A stretch of DNA of 64,000 nucleotides from Flavobacteriales bacterium (GCA_022402535.1 JAKRSD010000007.1:13110-77109); one strand, 5' to 3'. Shown: positions 9,729-21,203, counted from the first letter of the stretch. Program-made: numbers and translations. Notes: generated from the letters alone by a model not told the origin.

Positions 9729-11006
9729 TTGAAAAACCGAGATATACGCTGGATATTAATCATTGCTGCATTTGCCATAGCCGGGCTTATTTTAATGCAG
9801 GTCAATTTTATCAATAAAGCGTTTGAACTCAATGCCAATCAGTTTAACGACAAAGTGAGCCTGGCACTGATAACGGTGGCCGAGCAGGTAAACAAAAATA
9901 AGCGGGACAGTACATCTTCTATTGAAGCGGTGGAACAGGTTACCGAAGATTATTTTACCGTGAATGTAAACGACACGGTAAACCATCGTTTTTTGGAAAA
10001 TCTGTTGCATCTGGAGTTTTCTAAATATGGCGTTGAAGCCGATTACCAGTATGTTATATACGATTGTTTTGCCGATTCCATTATTTGGAAAGGGTATTCC
10101 AATAAACCCGGAGAAGAAGATTTATTCACCGTAAACCGTAGTCTGCCTTCTTACGTATTGCCCAAAGACAGCCACAAAATCGGGGTCTATTTCCCGGGTA
10201 AAAAGCAATACATCCTTTCGCAGATGAATGTGTTTGTATTTTCAGGAATCGGACTTTTTGTAATCATTTGTTTTTTTGTTTATATCCTGTACATTATTTT
10301 AAAACAGAAAAAGTTGTCTGAAATCAAAAGCGATTTCATCAACAATATGACCCATGAGTTTAAAACGCCCATCAGTACCATAAATCTCTCAGCCGATGCA
10401 CTGGGGAAACCCGGCATTGAAAAAAATCCGGAACGGATAAGCCGCTACGCCCAAATCATAAAAGATGAAGGATTACGACTCAGAAACCATGTAGATAAAA
10501 TTCTAGAAATTGCCGTGTTGGATGCCGATACGCCCAAATTTAAGTCGGAACCTGTGGATATGCACGAGCAGATCAACAAAGCCGTGGAAATCATCCGCAT
10601 AAAAATTGAAGAAAGAAATGGCAAACTGGAGACAAATATTCATGCTGAATATACAGTGGTAAAAGGAGATGCCGACCATTTAAGCAATATCTTGTTAAAC
10701 CTGCTGGGCAATGCGTTGAAGTATACAGAAAAAGAACCGCACATCCGGATAAACACCAAAAATGAAGGAAAATACATGGTCATTTCCATTTCAGACAATG
10801 GTATTGGCATTCCCAAGAAATATAAAAAGTATATCTTTAATAAATTTTACAGAGTAAGTACAGGTAATGTACACAATGTAAAAGGCTTCGGTTTGGGGCT
10901 GTATTATGTAAATAAAATTGTAAAATCACATGGCGGGAGTATAACCGTAGAAAGTGAGCCGAATAAAGGCAGCACCTTCTCCATAAAACTTCCGGTAATA
11001 AAATAG
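9729..11006 (+). CDS. Two-component sensor histidine kinase
   Basis: Two TM helices. H-box NMTHEFKTPISTI, N-box LLNLLGNALKYT, and G-boxes SDNGIGIP and GFGLGLYYV. Confidence 0.85.
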   Translation: MKNRDIRWILIIAAFAIAGLILMQVNFINKAFELNANQFNDKVSLALITVAEQVNKNKRDSTSSIEAVEQVTEDYFTVNVNDTVNHRFLENLLHLEFSKYGVEADYQYVIYDCFADSIIWKGYSNKPGEEDLFTVNRSLPSYVLPKDSHKIGVYFPGKKQYILSQMNVFVFSGIGLFVIICFFVYILYIILKQKKLSEIKSDFINNMTHEFKTPISTINLSADALGKPGIEKNPERISRYAQIIKDEGLRLRNHVDKILEIAVLDADTPKFKSEPVDMHEQINKAVEIIRIKIEERNGKLETNIHAEYTVVKGDADHLSNILLNLLGNALKYTEKEPHIRINTKNEGKYMVISISDNGIGIPKKYKKYIFNKFYRVSTGNVHNVKGFGLGLYYVNKIVKSHGGSITVESEPNKGSTFSIKLPVIK

Positions 11007-11012
11007 TGAGTA

Positions 11013-11711
11013 ATGGGAAAAAAGGATATTCAGATTTTATTGGCAGAAGATGATTTTAACTTAGGTTTTGTAATCAAAGATCTGCTGGAAGATGAAGGGT
11101 ATGACGTAAAGCTATGCAGTGACGGTGTTTCTGCGCTTCAGGCATACAATGAAAATGCATATGATTTATGCCTTTTTGATGTGATGATGCCCCAGAAAGA
11201 CGGATTTACCCTCGCTGAAAACATCCGGAAAGTAGACCCGGAAATGCCGATTATTTTTCTCACCGCAAAATCGCTTACTGAGGATAAAGTAAAAGGACTG
11301 GGAATCGGTGCAGATGATTATATAACAAAACCGTTTGAAAATGCAGAATTTTTGCTTCGGATTGAAAATGTATTGCGACGTACGGGAAAGAAAAAACAAA
11401 GAAATGACCCGGATGAATTTATGATCGGAAAATTCAAACTGGATACAAAAAATTTAACCCTTACGGCCTCTGACGAAGAAATACACAAACTTACCGCCAA
11501 GGAAGCTAAAATATTACGCCTGCTTTGCTTAAATATTAATGCCGTAGTAGAAAGAGATGTGCTCCTAAATTCGGTTTGGGGGAAAGATGATTATTTCACC
11601 GGGCGCAGCATGGACGTATTTATAACCAAATTGCGTAAATATTTAAAAAGCGATGAACGGGTGAAAATCCAAAACATTCACGGAGTAGGGTTTAAATTAG
11701 AAATTTTATAA
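11013..11711 (+). CDS. OmpR/PhoB-family response regulator transcription factor
   Basis: REC domain with LLAEDD..D (phospho-acceptor in CLFDVMMP) and the K of LTAKS. C-terminal winged-helix (LTAKEAKILRLL...GFKL). The start is 6 nt after the kinase stop. Confidence 0.85.
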   Translation: MGKKDIQILLAEDDFNLGFVIKDLLEDEGYDVKLCSDGVSALQAYNENAYDLCLFDVMMPQKDGFTLAENIRKVDPEMPIIFLTAKSLTEDKVKGLGIGADDYITKPFENAEFLLRIENVLRRTGKKKQRNDPDEFMIGKFKLDTKNLTLTASDEEIHKLTAKEAKILRLLCLNINAVVERDVLLNSVWGKDDYFTGRSMDVFITKLRKYLKSDERVKIQNIHGVGFKLEIL

Positions 11712-11730
11712 CGCTCCATAAATAGAAAAC

Positions 11731-12843
11731 ATGAAAAAAGCACTGATAACAGGTATAACAGGCCAGGATGGAGCATATCTTGCCGAACTGTTGCTTCAAA
11801 AAGGATACGAAGTACACGGAATCAAACGCAGAAGTTCTCTTTTTAATACCGACCGTATCGATCATCTCTACCAAGACCTGCACGAAAGCGGCGTTCGATT
11901 TAAACTGCACTATGGCGACCTCACGGACAGCATGAATCTTACCCGGATTATTCAGGAAATCCAACCGGATGAAATCTATAATCTGGGAGCCATGAGCCAT
12001 GTAAAAGTGAGTTTCGATACTCCGGAATATACCGCTAATGTGGATGGAATCGGCACGTTGAGAATTTTGGAAGCCGTAAGACTTTTGGGACTCACCCAAA
12101 AAACGCGTATTTATCAAGCGTCAACATCGGAGTTATACGGTCTGGTGCAGGAAGTACCCCAAAAAGAGACCACCCCTTTTTATCCGCGGTCGCCCTATGC
12201 ATGTGCCAAACTTTATGGCTACTGGATTACGGTTAATTACCGAGAAGCCTACGGAATGTACGCCGTGAACGGAATTTTATTTAATCATGAATCACCTCTT
12301 CGGGGCGAAACGTTTGTAACCCGAAAAATCACACGGGGAGCCGCTAAAATTGCACTGGGACTTCAGGATGCCATCTATCTCGGAAATTTAAGTGCTCAAC
12401 GCGATTGGGGTCATGCCAAAGATTATGTAGAAGCGATGTACCTTATGCTGCAGCAGGACACTCCGGAAGATTACGTGATTTCGACAGGTGTTACCACCAC
12501 CGTTCGCGATTTTTGCCGTATGACATTTGCCGAACTGGGTATAGACTTAGAATTTAAAGGAGAAGGTGATGATGAACAGGGAATTGTTACCCGATGTCAT
12601 AATCCCGAATTTCAAATTCCGGAAGGAAAACCGATCATTAAAGTAGATAAAAATTATTACCGGCCAACAGAAGTGGATTTGCTGATCGGAGATTCTTCCA
12701 AAGCCAAAGAAAAGCTGGGCTGGGTTCCCAAACATGATTTGAAATCGTTGGTTAAAGACATGATTTGGGCAGATGTGAAATTATTCCGGCGTGATGAATA
12801 CCTCTTAAAAGGCGGACATAAAGTGATGAATTATCATGAATAA
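11731..12843 (+). CDS. gmd: GDP-mannose 4,6-dehydratase
   Basis: [36 protein letters not shown] is the canonical Gmd N-terminus. Extended SDR fold, 370 aa. Confidence 0.95.
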   Translation: MKKALITGITGQDGAYLAELLLQKGYEVHGIKRRSSLFNTDRIDHLYQDLHESGVRFKLHYGDLTDSMNLTRIIQEIQPDEIYNLGAMSHVKVSFDTPEYTANVDGIGTLRILEAVRLLGLTQKTRIYQASTSELYGLVQEVPQKETTPFYPRSPYACAKLYGYWITVNYREAYGMYAVNGILFNHESPLRGETFVTRKITRGAAKIALGLQDAIYLGNLSAQRDWGHAKDYVEAMYLMLQQDTPEDYVISTGVTTTVRDFCRMTFAELGIDLEFKGEGDDEQGIVTRCHNPEFQIPEGKPIIKVDKNYYRPTEVDLLIGDSSKAKEKLGWVPKHDLKSLVKDMIWADVKLFRRDEYLLKGGHKVMNYHE

Positions 12844-13795
12844 AATGAAGCCCGAAAGTAAAATATACATTGCCGGACATAGAGGTATGGTAGGCTCTGC
12901 ATTGTTGCGGAAATTACAAAATGAAGGATTTTCTAATGTTATATTTCGCACTTCGGCTGAACTTGATTTGCGGAATCAGAAAGCCGTAAATGATTTTTTT
13001 GAATCCGAAAAACCAGAATTCGTTTTTTTAGCGGCAGCCAAAGTGGGAGGTATATTGGCAAACAACACCTATCGTGCCGATTTCCTCTACGATAACCTGA
13101 TGATGGAAGCCAATATCATCAAAGCCTCGTATACATTCGGTGTACAAAAATTATTATTTCTCGGTTCTTCCTGTATCTATCCTAAAATGTGTGCGCAACC
13201 CATTAAGGAGGAATATTTGTTAAACGGATATCTGGAACCGACCAATGAGCCTTACGCCATTGCAAAAATTGCCGGAATTAAACTCGCCGAAACATTCAGA
13301 CATCAATACGGATGCAATTTTATTTCGGCTATGCCTACCAATTTATACGGGCCTAACGACAATTATGATTTGCAAAATTCTCATGTGTTACCGGCCTTGA
13401 TTCGTAAATTCCATGAAGCTAAAATACAGGGGCTTTCAGAAGTAACCATTTGGGGAACCGGCAAACCCATGCGCGAATTTTTACATGTGGATGATTTGGC
13501 GGATGCCTGCTATTTTCTGATGCAGGAATATAATGGTTCTGAATGGTTGAACGTGGGCACCGGAACCGATGTAACCATTGAAGAATTAGCGCTCACCATC
13601 AAAGAAATTATAGGGTTTGAAGGAACTCTTCGCTTCGATACCGAAAAACCTGACGGCACACCCAAAAAATTACTGGATGTATCTAAAATAAATGCACTCG
13701 GTTGGAAAGCAAAAATTTCCTTAAGAGAGGGAATTCAGTCAGTGTACGCCAAATTATCCGAAGACCATTTTTCCGCTTTTAAAAGCAGAGATTAA
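12836..13795 (+). CDS. fcl: GDP-L-fucose synthase (GDP-4-keto-6-deoxy-D-mannose 3,5-epimerase/4-reductase)
   Basis: [17 protein letters not shown]-binding motif. 319 aa. Overlaps the gmd stop by 8 nt (ATGAATAA), suggesting translational coupling. Confidence 0.9.
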   Translation: MNKMKPESKIYIAGHRGMVGSALLRKLQNEGFSNVIFRTSAELDLRNQKAVNDFFESEKPEFVFLAAAKVGGILANNTYRADFLYDNLMMEANIIKASYTFGVQKLLFLGSSCIYPKMCAQPIKEEYLLNGYLEPTNEPYAIAKIAGIKLAETFRHQYGCNFISAMPTNLYGPNDNYDLQNSHVLPALIRKFHEAKIQGLSEVTIWGTGKPMREFLHVDDLADACYFLMQEYNGSEWLNVGTGTDVTIEELALTIKEIIGFEGTLRFDTEKPDGTPKKLLDVSKINALGWKAKISLREGIQSVYAKLSEDHFSAFKSRD

Positions 13796-14799
13796 TTCAC
13801 TGTTCGGAGTATCGCTTCTATCTGGTGTATATAGCTTTTCTTATTAAATTCAGGAGCATATACATAACCGTCTGCCATGATAATTTGATTAGTCTTTTTG
13901 TTATAGGTCATCAAATTCACAAACGGTCCGCCTTTAAATCCTTCCTTAATCCGCCATAGGCCTTTGGTTATAAGACAATACTCTCCATTTAAAGTAATGG
14001 AAGCCGAATCGGGTTTCAGTCTGGGTTCCACAATCATATATGCCCCTTCTTTAGCATCAGGAATGTGTATCGCTGTGAGTGAATCACGGATTTCTACGGC
14101 TCTTTTCACCGTAAAAACACCTTGTTCCGTATAGGGAAACGTATGAACCCAAACCCCGCGTTCTATCTTAGCCATCATTCCTCCGGTGGTGGATTTTTCT
14201 GCCACATGTTTTGAAAACACAAAATCCTTCTGAGACTTCACCGTATAAAATCCGTCAGGCAGCACTATGGAAACATCTAAAGAATCTTTAAACGGAGCAA
14301 CTGCATTAGAACTTTTAATTTTTGCGAAAGCAGAGGCCTGTCTTTCCATTTCTTTGTCCACAAAATAACGTTCTACAAGGGTTTTATTTTCTCTGAACAG
14401 CTCTAAAAATTCATCGCGATTCCGGGCTAACATCTGCACCACCATTTGTCCCCTGGCCCAACTGTCTTCTTTAATGGCAATGCCTTTTTTAGAAACCTTG
14501 GGGTCAATATTTACTAACAGTACATTCCGGTGAAATTTAAATACGGTGCCAAAATTTCCTTCATCGATGTTATAGATTTTAAAAAAACTTTCGGCTTGGG
14601 GAAGGCCTTTTATTTCGCGCGAAAACCACTGTGAAACAGTATCCGGAACAGGCGTATTATTTAATACATATCGGTCGTAAACCACAACCAGCTCAAAAGC
14701 TTCTCCCGATGCTTCGGGCATTATCAAATTTTTTCCACCGCAGGAATACAAAAAAACGGAACTTAAAATAAGCCCCGTTATATAGATGTACTTTTTCAT
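13792..14799 (-). CDS. Hypothetical lipoprotein (DUF4837-like?)
   Basis: [22 protein letters not shown] lipoprotein signal. 335 aa with no recognisable catalytic motif. Confidence 0.5.
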   Translation of the reverse strand: MKKYIYITGLILSSVFLYSCGGKNLIMPEASGEAFELVVVYDRYVLNNTPVPDTVSQWFSREIKGLPQAESFFKIYNIDEGNFGTVFKFHRNVLLVNIDPKVSKKGIAIKEDSWARGQMVVQMLARNRDEFLELFRENKTLVERYFVDKEMERQASAFAKIKSSNAVAPFKDSLDVSIVLPDGFYTVKSQKDFVFSKHVAEKSTTGGMMAKIERGVWVHTFPYTEQGVFTVKRAVEIRDSLTAIHIPDAKEGAYMIVEPRLKPDSASITLNGEYCLITKGLWRIKEGFKGGPFVNLMTYNKKTNQIIMADGYVYAPEFNKKSYIHQIEAILRTVN

Positions 14800-14804
14800 A
14801 TTTA

Positions 14805-16322
14805 TCAGCCTACTTTTATTTTGAGTTTCTGACCAACAGCAATTGTCTTGGATTTTAAATTATTCCACTTCATGATGTCGGCTACCGAAACTTTGTACTT
14901 TGATGCAATACCGTATAACGTATCTCCGGATTTAATCGTATAGTACTTATATTGGGGCGAAGAATTTGCACCTTGATTGGTGTTGGTTTTAACCACTTCC
15001 GGAGCGGGTTGTGGGGCAACCGGTTCATTGGAGAAAATAGTGAGTTTTTGTCCTATGTATAAGGTTTCACTTTTCAAATTATTCCACTCGAGTATGTCGC
15101 TTACCTTTACCTGAAATTTACGGGCCAACATGCTGATGTATTCCCCCTTTTGTACGGTATACGTTATTTTTTTAGTTTCAGTGGGATTCTTTTCCGTTTC
15201 ATTGATTACATCTGAAACCACCGCATCGGTCGGCTTATTTTCATTCTGCACAACTACTTTTTCAATTTCCTGATAGAGTACTTTTTCGTTGGCCACAAAA
15301 GTGCCTACCGCTTTTTTAGGCAAGTTCAACGGGTAAGGCTTTGCAGAACCGGGAATCAGATTTTTTACGTACATGGGATTTAGAAAACGCAAATCTTCTA
15401 CAGGCACATTAACCAGATTAGAGATTTGATCGAATGTAACATTGGTGCGCACATGTACACTGTCTATTTCATAATTGAAATACTTAGGTTGCGCAGGAAA
15501 AATATTATGTTCTTTATGATAACTCATGATGTAATTTACGGCAATAAATGCCGGAACATATCCTTGTGTTTCAGTGGGTAAAAAAGGTCTTACAGACCAA
15601 TAGTCCGTAGCACCGCCCGATTTGCGCAGGGCTTTATTTACATTACCAGGACCCGCATTATATGCTGCCAGTGCCAAGCCCCAATCGTTATATAAAGAGT
15701 GTAAATATTTAAGGTATTTGCAGGCGGCTTCGGTAGCCAATTCGGGATCAAATCGTTCATCTACATAAGAATTAACTTCCAGATTGTACATAAGTCCCGT
15801 TCTGTACATAAACTGCCACAAACCTCCCGCACCGGCTTTAGATTTCGCGGTAGGATTTAATGCGCTTTCAATTATGGAAAGGTATTTAAGCTCCAAAGGC
15901 ATGTTGTACTTCGCCAGCTTTTCTTCATACATCGGGAAGTATAATTGTGCCAGACCCAACATACGCGAAGTTAGAGATCTGCGCTTTTTGGCATATAAAT
16001 CTATGTAGGCTCTTACTGCATCATTATACACTAAAGGGAATGGGGAAATGGCATCTATTTTGGCCATTCTTTTACGGTAAATATCCTCAGGATAAACAGG
16101 AATGCTGTCGGGCGCAAATTTGTATATGTTTAATTTTTCCCGATCGGCCGAGAACTTAGATTCCTGAAAGAACTTTAATACATCCAGGCTATCCAATGCC
16201 GCTACAATTGGGTCATCCGGTCGTAATGCGGTTTGTGCGTTAGTCCGATTGATGCCAGCCGATATAATTAAAAATAATAGTAACGTTACCCAAATTTTTC
16301 TCATGCCCCTGTTCATTTGCAT
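14805..16322 (-). CDS. Lytic transglycosylase (MltD-like) with two C-terminal LysM domains
   Basis: Signal peptide. SLT-domain catalytic motif ESALNPTAKSKAGAGGLWQFM. Two LysM repeats (YTVQKGEYISMLARKF...GQKLTI and YTIKSGDTLYGIASKY...GQKLKI). Confidence 0.8.
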   Translation of the reverse strand: MQMNRGMRKIWVTLLLFLIISAGINRTNAQTALRPDDPIVAALDSLDVLKFFQESKFSADREKLNIYKFAPDSIPVYPEDIYRKRMAKIDAISPFPLVYNDAVRAYIDLYAKKRRSLTSRMLGLAQLYFPMYEEKLAKYNMPLELKYLSIIESALNPTAKSKAGAGGLWQFMYRTGLMYNLEVNSYVDERFDPELATEAACKYLKYLHSLYNDWGLALAAYNAGPGNVNKALRKSGGATDYWSVRPFLPTETQGYVPAFIAVNYIMSYHKEHNIFPAQPKYFNYEIDSVHVRTNVTFDQISNLVNVPVEDLRFLNPMYVKNLIPGSAKPYPLNLPKKAVGTFVANEKVLYQEIEKVVVQNENKPTDAVVSDVINETEKNPTETKKITYTVQKGEYISMLARKFQVKVSDILEWNNLKSETLYIGQKLTIFSNEPVAPQPAPEVVKTNTNQGANSSPQYKYYTIKSGDTLYGIASKYKVSVADIMKWNNLKSKTIAVGQKLKIKVG

Positions 16323-16429
16323 GGTGATTACATGCTTTTAAAAAGATTGTGCAAGGTACTACAGGAACCCAAGTTTTAAAACCCGGTTAACAAGATAATA
16401 AGAAAAAAAATGTTAACAGTGAGCGGCTT

Positions 16430-17845
16430 TTAGGCCTTTAGCATGGCCGAAAATCCCAATAAGAGGTCTTCTTCAAAATATTTCCCTACGGCCTGCAAAC
16501 CAATCGGAAGGCCTTTTTCATCATTCCCGAAAGGGAAACTGATGGCAGGATGCCCGGTAATATTAGCCTGCACCGTAAATATATCCTGCAGATACATTTT
16601 AATGGGATCATCGGAGTTTTCACCGAAGCGAAACGCCGTATCGGGTGTGGTAGGAATCAACAGCAAATCACATCCGGAAAGCAAGTCATTCATGGCGTCA
16701 GTAACTTTCCGTCTCACTTTTTGGGCTTTGCCATAATAGGCATCGTAAAAGCCGGCGCTTAATACAAACGTTCCCAACATGATCCGGTTTTTCACCTCGC
16801 GGCCAAATCCCTCACTTCTGGATTTTTTGTAGGCAGAATCTAAATCTACGGCATTGGGACTTCTCCTTCCATATCGGATTCCGTCAAATCGGGAAAGATT
16901 GGAAGAGGCCTCGGCGGTAGTGAGCACATAATAGGCAGGCACTAGATAATCAAAATAGTCAAAACGGGCTTCCACCAATTCATGTCCTCTTTCCTTCAGC
17001 GTGTTTAACGCATTCTGGTAAGCATCGCGGACTTCTTTTTTGATGGACTCATTTTGCAGCAAATCGGGGAGATAAGCCACTTTCAGCACTTTGTTCTCTT
17101 CAATTTTGGCCTTGCAGGGTTTAAGGGGCTTGGAGGATGACGTGGCATCATTCGGGTCAAATCCGGCAATCACCGAATAAATTGCGGCGGCATCTTCGGC
17201 ACAGCGGGTAATAGGCCCAATCTGATCGAATGAAGATGCATAGGCAATCAGTCCCCAACGCGAAACCCTTCCATAAGTGGGTTTTAAACCCACCGTACCA
17301 CAAAATGCGGCAGGCTGACGGATTGAACCTCCTGTATCACTTCCTAAAGTAGCGTGACATAAATTGGCCGCAACAGCTGCCGCCGAACCTCCCGACGAAC
17401 CGCCCGGAACACGGGTTTTATCCAACGGGTTTAACACCGGCCCATAAGCCGATTTTTCATTGGATGACCCCATCGCAAATTCATCGCAGTTCAAACGGCC
17501 TATGATAATGGCATCCTCGGCCAACAGACGTTCTACGACCGTTGCCGAGTATTGCGACTCAAAATTTTCTAATATTTTGGAAGAGGCCGTTACTTTATGC
17601 CCTTTAAAGCAGATATTATCTTTGATTCCGATAACCAAACCCGCCAGTTTTCCGGCTTTTCCTTCAGCAATTTTTTGGTCAATCAGCCGGGCCGATTGCA
17701 ATGCCTCTTCGGCAAAAACTTCTAGAAAAGCATTAATATCTTTATTCTCCTTTATTTGGCGGAGATAAAATTCGGTAAGTGAAGTAACGGAAACTTTGCC
17801 CGCAGCCAAATCGGTGCGAATGGCATCCAACGATGCGTAATTCAT
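16430..17845 (-). CDS. gatA: Glutamyl-tRNA(Gln)/aspartyl-tRNA(Asn) amidotransferase subunit A
   Basis: Amidase signature GGSSGGSAAAVA. 471 aa. GatA-typical N-terminus (..LTEFYLRQIKE..). Confidence 0.95.
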   Translation of the reverse strand: MNYASLDAIRTDLAAGKVSVTSLTEFYLRQIKENKDINAFLEVFAEEALQSARLIDQKIAEGKAGKLAGLVIGIKDNICFKGHKVTASSKILENFESQYSATVVERLLAEDAIIIGRLNCDEFAMGSSNEKSAYGPVLNPLDKTRVPGGSSGGSAAAVAANLCHATLGSDTGGSIRQPAAFCGTVGLKPTYGRVSRWGLIAYASSFDQIGPITRCAEDAAAIYSVIAGFDPNDATSSSKPLKPCKAKIEENKVLKVAYLPDLLQNESIKKEVRDAYQNALNTLKERGHELVEARFDYFDYLVPAYYVLTTAEASSNLSRFDGIRYGRRSPNAVDLDSAYKKSRSEGFGREVKNRIMLGTFVLSAGFYDAYYGKAQKVRRKVTDAMNDLLSGCDLLLIPTTPDTAFRFGENSDDPIKMYLQDIFTVQANITGHPAISFPFGNDEKGLPIGLQAVGKYFEEDLLLGFSAMLKA

Positions 17846-18027
17846 TATTGTTTTTCGGTCTCTTTGGGTTCTTTTGCTTTGTCTTTATCAGAACTGTTCA
17901 TGCCGTCTTTAAATTCTTTCACTCCCTGACCTAAGCCTTTCATGAGTTCAGGAATTTTACGACCTCCGAAAAGCAGCAATACCACAACCACAATCAAAAC
18001 GATTTGTGGCCAACCTATTGTTCCCAT
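17845..18027 (-). CDS. tatA: Twin-arginine translocase subunit TatA/E (start taken at the MGTIG Met; the track ORF extends 9 codons upstream)
   Basis: [40 protein letters not shown] matches the TatA TM helix plus amphipathic helix. The stop TAA overlaps the gatA ATG (TAATG). Confidence 0.8.
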   Translation of the reverse strand: MGTIGWPQIVLIVVVVLLLFGGRKIPELMKGLGQGVKEFKDGMNSSDKDKAKEPKETEKQ

Positions 18028-18118
18028 GATGATGGATGCGTACATAATATCCAAAAATTAAGCAACAAAGGTATAGATTTGAATTCATACCTCAAGAAAA
18101 AATCCCACTTTTACCTGC

Positions 18119-18568
18119 ATGAAACGTATTATACCCTTACTGATCGCTTCGGCCCTTATTTTGGGAGCCTGCGCCAAATTGCAGGAAAACAGAATCATTA
18201 ATAAAAAATGGCATGTGGAGGCCTTGTACCTGAACGGAAACGAATCGGTGAACGCATTCCTCGATTTACTACCCCTGTATGTGGATGACGGGAGTTGCCG
18301 GTACGAAATGGATTTTCAGAAAAACAACCGGTGCATAGGCTATTATAAGCGCAACGATTCGCTCATTTATGAAATGGAAGGTACCTGGAATTTTTTAGAA
18401 AAGGACAGCATGTACATTTCGGTAGATTTAGCCGTTCACGGCGATTATGAATTTCGTGAAATCGGAGGCGGCAGATATCGACTCTCTTCACAAAATAACA
18501 ACCTGATTCTCCCCGGATTCGAACCCATTCCTTCCCCGGCCGTATTGATTACCAAAACGTTTAAATAA
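18119..18568 (+). CDS. Hypothetical lipoprotein
   Basis: MKRIIPLLIASALILGACAK lipobox. 149 aa. Confidence 0.5.
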   Translation: MKRIIPLLIASALILGACAKLQENRIINKKWHVEALYLNGNESVNAFLDLLPLYVDDGSCRYEMDFQKNNRCIGYYKRNDSLIYEMEGTWNFLEKDSMYISVDLAVHGDYEFREIGGGRYRLSSQNNNLILPGFEPIPSPAVLITKTFK

Positions 18569-18575
18569 TTTACAT

Positions 18576-19316
18576 ATGAACCTGAAACACTGTATTTATT
18601 TGGCCGCAATCTGCGGAAACCTGCTGCTGATGTCTTCCTGCGGAAATGTTTCTGACAAAGCTCAAACCGACATCCCCGAAGAAAAAGAAATTGTAAAAAA
18701 CACCTTTGATACCCAACAGTTCATCGGTGAGTACGTAGGCAATTTTGGCGATGGACATATCGTAATCGCCCTCAGCTACATACAGGGTAAAAACACTTCG
18801 GGGTATAATCTGCACAAGGGTTTACGCCGAAATATTAAAGGAACCGTGACAGAAGAAAACGGAAATTACAGGTTCCGTATGGAAGAACCTGGCGACCACA
18901 AATACGACGGCGTGTTTGATTTTTTGCTCAGTTCTTCTGATTTTACCGGAAAAGGAACCTGGGTGCCCAATGATAAAAAACTGTTGAAGGAACGTAGTTT
19001 TGAACTCGCCAAACGGGAACGTAAAACCGATGAAGAAAATCCGTTTCTGGGTTATTGGGACGGCGATTGTGTCTTAGAAATTAACCCCGACGGCCTTGCC
19101 GTTTTATCCTACTATGATTATAAAAGAGAATATGAAGAGCCTGAATTAATCAAAGTGAGGGGCCAGTGGATTGTACAGGATGAAACCATCACCATTGAAT
19201 GGCCCAAAAATTCATACAACGGAGGCAAAAAATATGTCCTAAAAATCCGGAATGATAACGAATACGGAGAATCGGTTCTGACTGACGGAAAAGAACTCAA
19301 CTTTTACCAGTACTGA
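18576..19316 (+). CDS. Hypothetical lipoprotein
   Basis: Signal LAAICGNLLLMSSCGN. 246 aa. The start is 8 nt after the previous gene. Confidence 0.5.
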   Translation: MNLKHCIYLAAICGNLLLMSSCGNVSDKAQTDIPEEKEIVKNTFDTQQFIGEYVGNFGDGHIVIALSYIQGKNTSGYNLHKGLRRNIKGTVTEENGNYRFRMEEPGDHKYDGVFDFLLSSSDFTGKGTWVPNDKKLLKERSFELAKRERKTDEENPFLGYWDGDCVLEINPDGLAVLSYYDYKREYEEPELIKVRGQWIVQDETITIEWPKNSYNGGKKYVLKIRNDNEYGESVLTDGKELNFYQY

Positions 19317-19318
19317 TT

Positions 19319-19981
19319 TTGAATCCGCTGCTGAAAAAATCCACCCGAGTAATCTGGATCGGCCTGTTGGCATGGGCTTGTCTGCTCATGATAGAGCTTA
19401 CCTTGCCTTATGTCACTTTCAAAAAGAATGTGGATTTTCTGCTTACCAAACTCAATGTATATCACATTTCTTATTGGAGAACAGGATTCTATATCCATAT
19501 TTTTTCTTCGCTTTTTACGCTGACGGCAGGATTTACCCAATTCAGCGGACATATTATCCGTAATCATCCAAAGGTGCACCGCATAGCCGGTTATGTGTAC
19601 ATCGTGGTGTTATTGTTTATCAGCGGACCCGGAGCCTGGGCCATGGCATTTCATGCCAACGGAGGTTTACCCGCCAGGGCTTCCTTTGTTCTCCTTACGT
19701 TTTTGTGGTATGTTTTTACGTTGATTTCCGTGTACTATATCCGCAGAAAAAACTGGACAGAACACGGCAATTTCATGCTACGCAGTTATGCGCTTACTTT
19801 TTCGGCCGTAACCCTGCGGTTTTATGCCTATATGATTGATTTTATGCATCTGGACATTAAGCCGGTAGAAGCATACATTACGCTGGCATGGCTAAGCTGG
19901 GTACCCAATCTGCTAATAGCCGAAACCCTGATTCGATTCGGTTTTGTGAAACGACTTTTCCGCTCAAAAATCAACGGATAA
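19319..19981 (+). CDS. Hypothetical polytopic membrane protein (DUF2306-like?)
   Basis: 220 aa with 5-6 predicted TM helices and no catalytic motif. Confidence 0.45.
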   Translation: MNPLLKKSTRVIWIGLLAWACLLMIELTLPYVTFKKNVDFLLTKLNVYHISYWRTGFYIHIFSSLFTLTAGFTQFSGHIIRNHPKVHRIAGYVYIVVLLFISGPGAWAMAFHANGGLPARASFVLLTFLWYVFTLISVYYIRRKNWTEHGNFMLRSYALTFSAVTLRFYAYMIDFMHLDIKPVEAYITLAWLSWVPNLLIAETLIRFGFVKRLFRSKING

Positions 19982-21098
19982 GCATTCCCAACATGGGTTT
20001 CGATGAGATAATTTTCCCATTGTCGTCGACGCGCAGTTTACGCACTGATTTTTCGTCGAAGCGGACAATTTTATTGTCTTCGTATCCGGCTTTATCGGGA
20101 TTTTCTTTCCATTGGGTTTCAAATTCCCGGATTTCAACGTTCCTGTTTTCAGCAATGCTGAATCCTTTGAGCAAATCATCATAATAAGGATATCCCGCTA
20201 CTTCTAATTTATCGATGGTTTTCCCCTCGGGGGTATACGTTTGAAGCATAAAAGCGGCCGGTGCATTTTCCATCCAAGCACCCTGCTCGCAGTATAACAC
20301 CATTTTAAACGCTTTTGGAGTGGTGAATTTTCCCACAAAATAAAATTCATTCCCCACATCTCTCGAAAACCGGTCGTCGCGCATAGAGGGAACAAATTTT
20401 TCGTAATCATAACCTATGGTTTTGGTCAGTGCCATTTTCTGCGAGTTTTGCGCCGTAAGTGTATAGGGATACTGCAAATCGGGAAACTCATTCAGATACA
20501 GATCAAACAAAGCTTTTTCGGGACTTACGGCCCCACTCATGGCATTTTCATAAACCGTTTTAAAACGGGAAGAATTCCGTGCAAACGCCATGTCTTCATC
20601 CTGCATAATGTGTGGTCCGTTAGTATATCCGTTTTGAATGGCCAATTCCAGATACTTGAGCGATTGTTCTTCATTTTCGCTGAGCGAATAGGCACAAGCC
20701 AAATTATATAACACTTTGGACAGCGGTGAATAATCTAACTTTTCGGCCATGTGGTATGCCGATATCGCCTTCGGATACTCTTTCATATCTAACAGGGCAT
20801 TTCCGTATTCATAATACGTTTTAGCCTGCGGATACACCTGAAGGCTTTTTGTGAACAGCGGAATGGCACTTTCGGGAGAGTTTTGATTGCGGTATGCATC
20901 AATCGCACCTAAAAAAGTATGTTTGGCCGATTGCAACGAATCGTCTGAAACCTTGGCGGTAAAAGCAGTTACTTTATCAAAATCAAAAAGTTCAGATTCA
21001 TTGAGCAGGGCGGAAGAAACGGATGTTTCGGTTTTATCCTTAAGGTTACACGAAGATAAACACAAACCGATTCCAAGTAGGGCAAAATACGTTTTCAT
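19971..21098 (-). CDS. TPR-repeat lipoprotein
   Basis: MKTYFALLGIGLCLSSCN lipoprotein signal. TPR-like repeats (YEYGNALLDMKEYPKAISAYHMAEKLDY..). Confidence 0.55.
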   Translation of the reverse strand: MKTYFALLGIGLCLSSCNLKDKTETSVSSALLNESELFDFDKVTAFTAKVSDDSLQSAKHTFLGAIDAYRNQNSPESAIPLFTKSLQVYPQAKTYYEYGNALLDMKEYPKAISAYHMAEKLDYSPLSKVLYNLACAYSLSENEEQSLKYLELAIQNGYTNGPHIMQDEDMAFARNSSRFKTVYENAMSGAVSPEKALFDLYLNEFPDLQYPYTLTAQNSQKMALTKTIGYDYEKFVPSMRDDRFSRDVGNEFYFVGKFTTPKAFKMVLYCEQGAWMENAPAAFMLQTYTPEGKTIDKLEVAGYPYYDDLLKGFSIAENRNVEIREFETQWKENPDKAGYEDNKIVRFDEKSVRKLRVDDNGKIISSKPMLGMLIR

Positions 21099-21203
21099 GG
21101 TGCTTGATTTAGATTGGAAATGTACGGGATTTTCCGATTCATTTCACAAACTCCCAAAAACGTTCAGCTAAAAATGCTTTTAAAGAGTGGCAACTTCTTC
21201 GGT

